DNA of 62,826 nt, counting the filler, from Choristocarpus tenellus KU-1152 (taxonomy: Eukaryota > Protista > Phaeophyceae), in assembly GCA_964200185.2 (NCBI GenBank). It is 10 parts of 10 records of this genome, joined end to end, with 100 filler letters (N's around TTAATTAATTAA, not from the genome) between each part and the next. Parts side by side here need not be neighbours in the genome. Positions count along the whole stretch, not along the records: positions 44,504 to 59,599 come from CAXNAD020001061.1; positions 59,700 to 62,826 come from CAXNAD020022131.1; 8 more parts are not named here. One strand, given 5' to 3'. This document shows, in pieces, positions 51,417-62,826 of this stretch. Under the pieces are notes generated by a model that did no database searches, had not been told where the DNA came from, and saw only the letters and a list, made by a program, of their open reading frames with translations. Position 1 is the first letter of the stretch, and every line of letters starts with the position of its first letter. The translations under genes and the position numbers were made by a program.

Positions 51417-53744
51417 GAGGTCTTATTGAGTGTTGTGAAGAGTGTTGGTTATGAAGCACTTGGTTGAATGGTCAGAGGGAGGGGGGGGGGGTATGCGTTC
51501 TGTTGGGAACAGGAGGCATGGAAAAGTGGGGGAGGGCTTGGTTTTTTCCAGGGGTTCAAGCCATTGTTCCGATGACTACTGAATACAGAGTATGAATTGG
51601 TTTACTTGATCTTACAATTGCAGTGTGTATGTTCTTTTTTCATTTCTCACATTACTTTTGGGATGCATCATCGGATTGATTGTTGGGGGGCATACCTGGC
51701 CATGGGGTGTATCGAGGTTGACTTTTTAAAATTTAATGTTGTTGGTAGAAGCGGTGTGGAGTAACCGTTGAATGACCCTATTGTTGCTTTGATGGAACCA
51801 CTAATATGTCTGTACTTGGAATGCCAGTCTCTTATTGTGTAACAGCCCTAACTGCTGTGGATAGTTGACTAGTCTTACAGTGCCAGAGATGGCTGTGGTT
51901 TGATCTGTTTAAAAAGAAGCAAAGTCGTTCATTATTTCACAGTGATGTGCTATCACGGAATATGACTGTTGATTTGTCACACATTTCGCCAAGGGGGAAA
52001 AGAAAATGCCTGGTGATAACAGTAGGTTTTGATATTGTTTGAGTACTTGACTGTTTGCTAGTAGTGGCTGGTGTTGGAAACCCCTTGACCTAACCATAGC
52101 CCAACTTTCCCACTACTATGATGTACTGAATTATTCCTGTGTATAATGCTGAAGTGAGAATATCAGAGGGGTCTACAGTAGTAAACAAGAGGTATTGATT
52201 GGTAAGCAGGAGTCAATTGACTTGCAATGTGAAGCTTACAGAATAAATTTAAGATTTCTTCGATTCTGACTCATCTTTCAAACGTCTTAACATCAAGTGT
52301 AATTAATTCTCCCAAGTTGGTACAAAATCAACACTTTTTGTGTGGTGATTATGGGTTGTTGCTGGCAAGGAGCCTCCTCCCTGCTGTATTGGACTCAGGC
52401 TGGCTCATTCTTGTGTTTACGATATATTTCTGTTGGTGACATGCCTATTAGGTAGGCAGAGTATAATGAAAATAATATCATTAAGGTGGCAAGGGATCGC
52501 TGGGGTAGGAGATAGGTAACAATAGAGTACCTTATGATAGTACGAATAGTTTTTTTCTAATAGTGAGTTTTGGATTATATCCTGTCTCAACAAAGTAGAC
52601 CTATTTTTGTAGTGATCTATACTCCGTGTTTCAGTAGCATACCACACGTTGGTAGTGTCTTTTTGTGGCCTGACTACCCTGCTTGTAGATCAACACATTG
52701 TCACGCTGACTTGTTTCAGGTAGAGTAGTGGCTGATCGGTTGGGCAGTGGTCTTTACTTTTCAAAGGGGAAGAACTACGTGCTGAGCACATTAATGTTAC
52801 AATCACCTATCAAGGCTATTGTGGAAGGCACAACAAGATTGAACTCACTTCACCGACTGTTAATCAATGGTAGACTCTACCCCGCATGATGTGTTGTCCA
52901 AGAATTTTCTGATGATGTTATGCTCGTGCTTGAGCCTACGGACAGTGGTGAAAACTCTTTTTCTTGATCGGAAATTGACTGCATTGTTTCCTTGTCTGGT
53001 CATTGTTATTACATGTCAACATTTTGTAAATTGTTTGGGTCCAAGCACAAACCCGTTCATTGGGTGGAGCACTCTCTGTTCTCTTCTATAACAAAACTCG
53101 ATACAACAAGAAATAACATTTGATGCTGATCAACATCAAAGCCTCGATCCGTACAGAGAGCAAGAAAAGTAGGAGGAATGTGAACTAGTCAAAATAGTAC
53201 AAAGTCATGAGCCGTATTGCCATGACACCCTCTCACTCAGTCTGCCGAGGGTGCCTCTATTTGGCACTAAGATATGCTTGTGTGAGGAAAAAAAAATGTC
53301 TTCCTTGTTTGCCTCAATTGAAGGCATTGCAAGGGAAAGAAAGGATAAACAAGCAGGTCAATCAACCAATGAAATCGAACTGCGCTCCACCTGGAGCTGA
53401 AACTTGAGCCACTCTTCACGTTCCCCAATAACACACATTTGTTCAGGCTAATGATAAAATCCCTGCAAAGTCACAACCCTACAAATTGCGACATAGTACA
53501 GAGTGTCAAGTGAAAACAATTCTGCAACAATATTGATAACTCTCCTGATACTTTCTAAGGGTTGGAAGACGTCTGTTGCATCAGAAGAACCTTATTTGAA
53601 CTTCAAGTACAGAGAGGATTTCTTGGATAATCCCCAACTCAGTCAAGCTAATAATCTCCCTCCAACGGGCTCTTGGTGTATCTCAAAAACACAAAATGGT
53701 GAATGGTAACTCTATCTGTACTACTACAGTAAACTTTACGCTAC

Positions 53745-55266
53745 TCACTTCTTTGAGATTATTGCAGTATACCCCCGCACCTCTCTAAGAATGTCAAGCA
53801 CAAAGTCCTCAGTAGTTGAACGGATTGCCTCTGCCCTTACATTATCTCCCCTCCTCCCTTCCATGCCTTTTGATTCTTCCTTCTTTCCTTCCACCAACCA
53901 CACCCCTTCCTCCTCTGCAACCTTCACGCCTCCTCCTGCCCCTGATACACTATCCCTCTTGGATATCCCTCTTCTTCCAAATGCTAGGATGTTTCTCTCT
54001 TCATTCATCATGTCCCTGTGGAGGTCTACTCCATCCAGGTTGTTATTGAGATCCACCGAGCAGCATTGTTCTGTGTCAAGCTGCTGCACTTCCCCCAGCA
54101 TCCCTTCTTCATACGGCCTGCCCTCTGAATATTTTTTTGTCATTCCAGTGACAATATGTTCATCCTTGGATCCCGACAAGGAGAGTTGGTGCAGAAGTGA
54201 GGGAGATAAGAGGTATTTGGTTTGGGCAAACTTCTTGAACAAATGAAAGTTAGGTCAGCCCGGCTAATGATATATTTCTATTTGTTTTGTAGCATGTTGT
54301 TGGTGGACCCATCCTTTGGGGATGGCCACTGAATGACATGACAGTGTATTCTACATATATATGCCTACTTACATACTACATGCATTCTTACATGATGTAC
54401 AGTAGGGGAGAGTCGAGGATAAGCGTTAACCACTCCAGATTATTTGTGAACTGAAGCCATTTCCTCTTCTATAGTCATGCAGCATAGAGTGCTAAAAACA
54501 TATGTGCTCATTTTCACTCAATATCTTTGCAGCCCTTCTAGTTAGACATAATATATACATAAATGTCGTACACGGATATATTCTGCGTACCTATATAAAT
54601 GTATATAGAAGAGTTTGGGGACTGGAGAGGAAAAATTGCTGCTATTGATATACACTTCATGGTGCTTTCAGAGAATGATACTACTGGTGGTAGACTCATG
54701 TACAGCTCGTCTCATACGTCAGAACCATGAGTGCTGCTCGTCATGTGGGGGAATTAGTTACCTTACCGACTCTGCAGGGCAGAGTTAGTTGTGGTGCGAA
54801 CTCTTTGTAGGTCTGTGCTCAAGAGCTCTAGAAACATCATTTACCTACAATTAGTTTCTCCTGGATCAAGTAGTCGACATGCAACTCCCGACTGGGACAT
54901 GACGACAACAAATTGCACGTTACATGCAGAGACCCACCTACAACTAACTTTGGAAATTGGAACTGTCAAAGTAAAGGGATCTGCTCCCTGGTCGTCTAGG
55001 AAAAGTTACTACTGCGAACTTAATTGCTCTCCCTCATTCGACAAAATATAAAATACACTAGAATATATGCTGTAGACCATCATTTTGTAAAGAGAGTGCA
55101 ATCTAAGGGGATAAATCGGAGAAGAATCACTCACAACCAGCCGATCATTGCTTTCCTGCAGCCTCTCATAGATCCGCCCCTGTTCGGTAATCAGTAAATT
55201 GTTCGCTTGCTCTCTTGCCTGGTCCAGGCGTTGCCTAGGCCTGCATTTCTCCAAGAAGGATGACAT
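53745..55266 (-). CDS. Hypothetical spliced protein (exon model uncertain)
   Basis: Open exon 55266-55135 ending at a GTGAGT donor and a purine-rich terminal ORF ~54170-53745; intermediate exons unresolved. Confidence 0.4.
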
Positions 55267-58200
55267 TGCGGACACATAGTAGGTCCTCGGCAATACGGCG
55301 ATTGGCGCTGTCCCTTTAAACAAAGTCCACTTTCCGTGTTTGACCTTTTTCCCTGAGTTCCCTCGTTTGTTCTTTAGTCTTATACCCAACTACTACTCTT
55401 AATTTGGCCCTTTGCAGTCTTCCGTCTGACATTACAACAACTGGGTATAGTTGATGTTCAAGGATTGTCTCCTTGGAACAGCCAAACGCAATACCTTGCA
55501 GTTTACACTGTTATGTATAGTGGACCCTAGTACAAGACCTGGCTCGTCGACATTCTTCGCAACCTCCAGCAAACCTGCCCTGAGTATCGGTCGAATTTTG
55601 TGATCAGGCCATGGAGAGACGAGATTTTTTGAAGTTGTAACTGACTGTAAGTATGTAAGTAACGATTTTTTCTCCGCGTACCTACCTACCCGTTGTGTCG
55701 TACACAAGTATCTATTGCTAATAGTAGTTTGTAATGCTACGTACTAGTACTGTATGTAGTAGTACGAATTGTACATAATTTCTTGTAGTAATACGATACT
55801 CGGTCTTAATTCAGGAGGGGGTCCATACATACATCCCACTAACAATAATGAAAATAACGGTAAGAATTCGTGTTTGTCCAGTAAGTACCAGACCATGATT
55901 ACATCATCATTGTTATTATTGATTGATGGATAGATATGCGAACACGAACTTCATCAAGGTTGCGTTTTTAACATGCTGAAAAAATATGCAAATTTCGTTA
56001 TTTTGTAGAAATGGGTGTAGGGAATTTTCTAAATTGTGTCGGAATTTTCAAACAGTTGAAAAATGAACGCTCTCAAATCAGTTTTATTAGTACATCCATA
56101 GAAATGTGGGTGAATCTGAAAACGGCCAAAACCTGGGTATCGCTCGTTTTTTCTTAGGATCTATTGTGTGCCACAGAATATCAACCCCACCATTCAGAAT
56201 ACAAAACTAGTGAGTAGTAGGTGAAATTTGGGTACGAGGGGTAGAACTCTCCTTAAGATTTTTTTGAATTCTCTAAATGCGTTGAGAACAACGAATGGTG
56301 ATGGGTGGGTACACCCGTTTTTTTTAGTTACCTAAAGTACTGACCGAAGAAGTCGTATTGATGACATAGATAGGTGTCAATACGTCGAATGAAGTGGTGT
56401 TTGCCAATCAGATTGCATCAATTACTACTGTATGATCGATGGGAAACGTTTCTCCATTATTTTGGCCCCTGTTGTGAGGGTTGTACTTGACAGATTGGTG
56501 ACATTGACATATCCAAGAAGGTCTACTCTTCACAAGGAACCCGACGGTGACCATCCCCCACTCTACTAACTCGTCGTGTGGGAGGATATCATTTGTCTGG
56601 CTGTGGCCATAGTCAAGGTTGGTAGTAGTATGTTGTTTAGGGAGTGTACCTGTCATCTGTATTCTTCTGGATGGTGTTCATTATTGTTCATAGCAGGAAG
56701 TAGAAGTAGAAGTAGTATTATTAACGTACACATTTACTATAATAATATTTGTAGTAACAGTACCACCAGGAGGAAGAATTAGTGTTGTCCGTATTTGTTT
56801 TAGGTACTGTTTTGAGCTTTGTTACAGTATCATCGTGCACAAACTCACCGTGCTGTAGACTGTAAGATAGCAGTTCCTACTGCACTGGACACTCAACATA
56901 GCACTATCTGTTATACAAGATGTGGATCTCATGCATGGCATACTACTTGATGTAGTTTGGCATTGCCATGAATGTTTAAGCAACAATGACTCATGTTGCC
57001 CCGTGAAAACAAGTGTTACTGCGTGTTGTGTGTTTGTGGTTGGTCCAAGCTGTACAAGGAAAAGAGGTGGGTGGTGTGCTCTGGGGAAGGTGCTGAGGGC
57101 AGCTGACACTTTGTAGCAACCACTACTACTATCACTATTACTTTCCATTATTATTATTAGTTCCAAACTATTCCAAGACAGGCCACTAATGATATTCCGC
57201 TGGGTAAGGCGATCCGATGATGATGATGATATGGAAACTAAAAAAAATTACGATCAGGGCATACAAAAAGCACCCCATGTAGTAGGCAGTCATCGAGTAT
57301 TTATCAAGTACAAACAATTCACAGAGAAATGCCGAAGGAGGGATACAGTCGCACGATGACTATTGACTGAAATTACGTAAGATGTTAGTTGGAACGTTCC
57401 TGATTCTCAGACATGTTTGTTTTTTTTCACTTGGATTTTGATGTACCAACTCAAATGCAAGCTGTAAATAAATTATGTATGGTTTGCTATGTGAAATCTT
57501 TAGTTACAATGTCATACCAAGGATTTCATCAAGAACGGTAAACAAGCTTTGCCTTCCAAACAATACAGAAGATGGGGTTTCACGGAACTTTGAAAAAAAG
57601 CTGCATCGTGGGCCAACTGCAAAAATGAATTCAATAATATTACATACACAAGATGAAGAGTGGAAAAACCGACAGGAAAAAACAGGGGCTAACCTGGTGC
57701 AAGCCAACCATATTAACAATATGTAGTGAAAAGCGGTAGCACTAATAAAGTAATAGGGTGGCAAACACTCAAGCCTCGATCCTTACCACACAATAAATAT
57801 AGTAGTATATAGTCACCCGACAAAATTATGTTCTCTTTAGTAATAAGATGTTCATTGACGTACTCTGTGGTAGGCACACCACTTTGAAGTATTAAGAGGG
57901 CACTGAGTGCACCAAATGAGACAAAAAAGAGGTTCATAGCATGGGTTGCGAGGAAGTGGAGGACACATCCTGAAGGTCAGGTCGACTGTGACAGTTTGCA
58001 ACGCACTACTGTTAGGCACAACCAGCTAGAAGTTGTTCCTCGATTCTGTTCATCAGAAGGTTGACTTTAAAAGTAAAAAAAATACAGGAGCAGTAAAATC
58101 TAGATGGTGGATGATGAGGAGGATTGGTGGAGAGAGCAATCCAAAGTTTATTCTATTTGTGGGCAAGTGATGGAGCTATTTTAGTGCACAGAACACGTAA

Positions 58201-58798
58201 GGGTGGAGCTGAATGAAGCTAACCCATCCAGTTAGCTACCTGCAAATCAATTTATTGTTCTCAAGAGTGGCACGGTTTTATTCACTTGGCAGGACTACAA
58301 AAAGAAGGGGCCACAGAACTCAATTGTGCCGACTCAGATCATTGCAATGAATGCAAGTGAAGTACTACATGCTCGAGTACGACTTGAACCATGTTTCTGC
58401 CTTTTAACCCCACTTACCTCAACATGATCGAGTAGTACTACAACTACGACACCACAACAGAGACACACCAAACACTCACCAGGGTCAACCCCATAACAGC
58501 TTCCTTGTTCCAACATCACAGTATATATAGTATAGTACTAGTATCAGCAACCACAGCAAGAGAAGATTACTTACCCCATGGACAATCCCTCTCTTGTAGT
58601 TGGGATGCCTCACTCACTTTGTCCTGTGATCACACCAGAAACAGTACATCTGACAATTGACCCCCCTATCATCAGTATCCCCCCCCCCACAACACCTGAG
58701 CATACACTGTATGCCAACTACAGCCCCTTCATCTCTGCACAAAATATCACTGCCACAACAATGCATAGCCCCACCATCAGGGGTCTCCTCGGCATGTG

Positions 58799-59204
58799 TC
58801 ACTTCTCCCCCTTCATATACTTGTTGATCATATTCAGCTCGGTATCAATCTTGTTCTTCACTGTCTTGGGCTTGCCCCCCTTACGTGAGCTTAGCTCCAC
58901 ATTCTTTACACCAAAGGGGAACGATGCCTTAGGAGCTTCAAACGCCGGGTGATCATCTAGATCAGTCGTTCCACGTGAACGCTTGCTTAAAGCGCTCTTA
59001 TCAGCCCCTCCGACCTTGGCACTGGTCTTGCCGGTATCCTGATTAGTACCACCAGTGTCCATTGACAATCCCATTGGCAGATGTGACACGACATGACAAT
59101 ACCATGAAAAAAAGAAGAAGAGAAAGGCCCATTCAGTGACATGACAGTGTCTCTTCAAGCCAAGCAAATGCATGTGTGTCTGTATGTGTATCTGTATGTG
59201 TGAA

Positions 59205-59263
<59 letters not shown>

Positions 59264-59599
59264 ACGCACGAACTATTTCTAGCATCTGATTGGTCAGCTA
59301 CAACAAGAGAGTAACTGACATGACAACATCACCAACCAATGAACACACAAACATAACCACACTTGAATTCACCTCATCACTATCATAGGTCTCGTAGTCT
59401 CCAGTCTCGGGGAAAACATCGTAGCCAGTTGAAACCCCCAAGGCCTGCCCCCTGCTTGGACGTGCTGCAAAAATATCCCGCTCAATTCTCCTTCCAGGGC
59501 TCTCATCACCCCCTGCCCCAGAGCCCACAGATACCCCAGAGCCTGCTGCAGAGCTCGCCCTTGTTGCCCCTGTCCCTGTGCTAACAGGCTTATCAGCAG
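58799..59599 (-). CDS. IK: RED/IK (SMU2) spliceosomal protein, C-terminal part
   Basis: Exons 59599-59373 (GYDVFPETGDYETYDSDE) and 59038-58799 (FEAPKASFPFGVK...KIDTELNMINKYM*) resemble the RED C-terminus (YAECYP...DSDEE; EALPKAAFQYGIK); phase-0 join. Confidence 0.72.
59208..59260. repeat. (TG)n microsatellite (similar tract at ~3278-3325)
   Basis: Direct inspection. Confidence 0.95.
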
Positions 59600-59768
59600 N
59601 NNNNNNNNNNNNNNNNNNNNNNNNNNNNNNNNNNNNNNNNNNNTTAATTAATTAANNNNNNNNNNNNNNNNNNNNNNNNNNNNNNNNNNNNNNNNNNNNC
59701 CCCCCCCCCCCCCCCCCCCCTTCCCCCCCCCATTTTGGCGCAACATACACTCAATAAAAACACCCCAG

Positions 59769-62576
59769 GTGTATTGGCAGGAGGGAGACTTCGCCCATGA
59801 TTGGCCCATTGCCATCCCAATGGACTATCACTCCGATAATTGGACTATTCCTCTTGCTATAGTGAGCACCTGGACAATGTTTATCCTCATGTATGGACTG
59901 TCTCTGGAAAGGGTAAGTGTTCAGACCGGTCCTGATATTAGCGGTTCCTCTATTGTCAATGCATGTTTCTTTTTTGTTGTATTTTTCTTAACTATTTTTT
60001 TTAAATGCTTTCTTTAATTATTTTTTGTATGGTTTCTTAACTATTATATTATATTTTCTTGATTACTAATTTTTTATTGCTTTCTTAACTATTATTATTT
60101 TTATATGCTGATGTTTTGTTTTGTGGTCCCTTTATTTAGTGCATGTACTGCGCTGTGTCCACTCTTGTCTAATTTGCGGAGATATTTTTTATAATTTCTT
60201 TTTATTATTGAGTGTTTTGGTTCAAACCGGATCGGAAATTGCTTTCACCATCGCCTATCACCATAGCAACTCCGAAGGGTGTATATATATACATATATAC
60301 ACATTGAAATAGATACGATCTTATTCATTTTGTTTTGTCCTTAAAAAAAAAAGTTTGTTGTCTTGGTGACAAGTGTTTTTAATTTATTTTTATTTCATTT
60401 TTGGATTAGTAGAAACCAATGCACAAAAATAATGCGCTTTGATTGTTTGCACTCACTAGTGACATGAATGGACATGTGTGACTTTTTTTTTCTGGTAATG
60501 AACTTCTTGACAAGGTAGTAGAGTACCAACACAGTACTAGCGTGTGTGCCTGTCTGTGTATGCATATATTCGCACCTTCATGCTTATGCTATGTGTGCAC
60601 TGCAAGTGACTCGTGGTCGATTGAATGTTAGATTCATTTGCTGCACCACGAAAAATTTCCTTGTTTTTTGGTGTGTTTTTTTTACTGTGCTGGCGTTTTG
60701 AAGAGCTGATACGAGTAGGCGATTGTTTTGATCGATTTATTTTATTTTATTTTATTAATGCTATTTTATTTTTCTAATTTTTTCTAACGCAGTGTTTACT
60801 ATTATTGTTATTGTGTGGTTGGTTTGGTGGCTTTGTGACTGGGCCGGTGAGCAGCTTCAAGCACATACTCACACATGCTATGTTACATACTCTACAAATA
60901 GTTTTAGTCTGGCACACATTCTATGTATATTTATGTATCAAAAAAAATAAATGTGTATTTGACCGCTCTTTTCGACGTTTTGATTTTTTTTTCTTAACAA
61001 TGTTGTCTTTTACGTACGCACACCTTGGGCGGGGGGGGNNNNNNNNNNTTTTTTTATATATATGTTTTTTTTAACGCCCACGCAGTTGGGGGGGGGGGGG
61101 GGGGACAGGTCCGGCGTCGGTTCTTCGAAGTGTTCTACTACGCCCACCACTTCTTCATGGTTGTTTGGTTAGTGATGTTGTGGCATGCAACCAGTGCGTG
61201 GTACTATATTGTGGCATCCATAACCCTCTGGGTCTTTGACAGGGCTGTACGTTTTTCGAGGTGGGAGGGGAGGGGAGGGGAAGGAAACAGTGCTGCAGTA
61301 GGGTAGCCTAGGGTAGTGTGGCCTTGTGTAAGGTGGGGTAGGGTAATGTAGCCTAAGGTAGGGTAGCCCAGGGTAAGGTAACCTAGCCATGTAGCCTGTA
61401 ACTTGTTCATGGTTGTTTGGTTTGGTATGATGCTATTGGAAATGTTGGTTGTGGGGAGAGAACAGCCTGAGGGATGTGATCCTGTTTTTGATGCCATTGC
61501 TATAGTGACCACCTTGGAGGCGTTGCTATAGTTAAGAATTTATGAGTGTCGTGTGTGTTTTATTATTTTTATTTTCTAAGGCATTTGTTTATTTATTTTA
61601 TCTGTTGTGTGTGTGTTTTGGGTTTGGTTATGGAAGGCATGTTTTCCTTATTTTATTTTATTTTTGCACAGTTTAAAAAGAAAAAAGCGACTGAGAGGAT
61701 GGGGGAGGGGGGGGGAAGGGGGGGANNNNNNNNGTTTTGGTGGGGTTTTTTTTTTTTTTTTTTTTTTTTTTTTGGTTGAGTAAAAAAAAAAGGGGAGGGG
61801 GGGGGGGGGGGGGGGGGGGGGAAGGGGGGGATTGCAGCTGGTATTTTGGAGGGCTTCCTCTGACTTTCTGGTGAAAAAATAATCATAATAATAATATCGT
61901 ATCATCAACCCCCCTCCCCCTTTTTTTAGTAAATTATTATTATTATTATCTTATTTTTAAAAATGAAAAATACACAGAGAGAGTTGAAAAGATTGTGTTT
62001 CTTTTACTAAGAAATACAGACAAAAATGCACCCGTAGAGAGAGCCCCTCTCAGGCTCTCTCTACGATTCAAATTCAAACGGCGGCGAGCAGTGGCCTAAC
62101 CTCTTCAATGATGATGATGATGATGCTTCAGCCCCAATGATAAAATGCGAAATACTCTCAGGTCTCAGTTACAATGCCTAGCCTGACAAAACAGATCTCA
62201 TCTCTCTATATATATACTCTATATATATGTATGTATATAGGTATGTCTCCTCTATTGCCATATAAAGGTATTGCCACGATACTTTCACGGTATGTGTATG
62301 TTAGTACGACCGGGTGGTTAATCTCCACTCTGCTTCCACTAATTTTTTTATTATTATTATTTATTTATTGTAAATCAACCTACTGTTCTTATCTTATGGT
62401 TATTATTTTTTTATTTTACTCTTACCGTTGTCACCAGGGCCATATCAACAGTGACAGTTTCAGAGGTGAGTGTAGAGGGTAACGTGACCAAGCTGTCCTA
62501 CACAATGGAGCAGGGGTGGTGGGGCTTCAAGTCTGGGCCTATGGAACACGAAGTGGGTCAGTACGTGTTTTTAAAT
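59769..62576 (+). CDS. Ferric reductase / NADPH oxidase-like transmembrane flavocytochrome, internal exons
   Basis: Exons 59769-59912, 61109-61260, 62438-62576 in frame; VRRRFFEVFYYAHH...LWH (heme-ligand His pair), LWVFDRAVR, GQYVFLN (start of FAD-binding domain). Confidence 0.88.
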
Positions 62577-62826
62577 GTGAGTCTATTTTAAATGTGGATC
62601 TCCTCTCTCTCCCTCTCTCTCTCCCTCTCTCTCTCTCAGAGTCAGTGTGTCATACTGTTGGGTATGCAAGGGGTTGTCCAAAGTGAGAGTATTTTTTTTG
62701 TGTGTATTATACCATCATTTCTAACCTGATCATTTGCAGTGTGTATATTTTGTGGGTGCATGAAATAATCCCCCCCCCCCCCTCCCGTCAGACTTGCAGC
62801 TTGCAGAGGCTCTCGGTAGAGCCTTA

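Overview
Eukaryotic, intron-rich genomic DNA. A stramenopile/brown-alga-like source is inferred from gene content and intron style, not proven. The window is not contiguous: ten contigs are joined by an artificial 100-nt linker (N44-TTAATTAATTAA-N44). Gene fragments supported by phase-consistent splicing or motifs: GT23/FUT8-like fucosyltransferase, xanthine dehydrogenase N-terminus head-to-head with a small membrane-protein gene, a coiled-coil protein, PP2A scaffold subunit A (12 exons), a TPLATE/beta-COP-like large coat subunit, RED/IK C-terminus and a ferric reductase/NOX-type protein. Mobile elements: decayed CRE-like non-LTR and Ty1/copia retrotransposons, and about 20 copies of two MITE families sharing the terminal core AAAGTATC with 3- or 4-bp TSDs. 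Most notable: four MITE TIRs carry telomeric TTAGGG repeats at the same position, and the window holds a probable TSET/TPLATE subunit.
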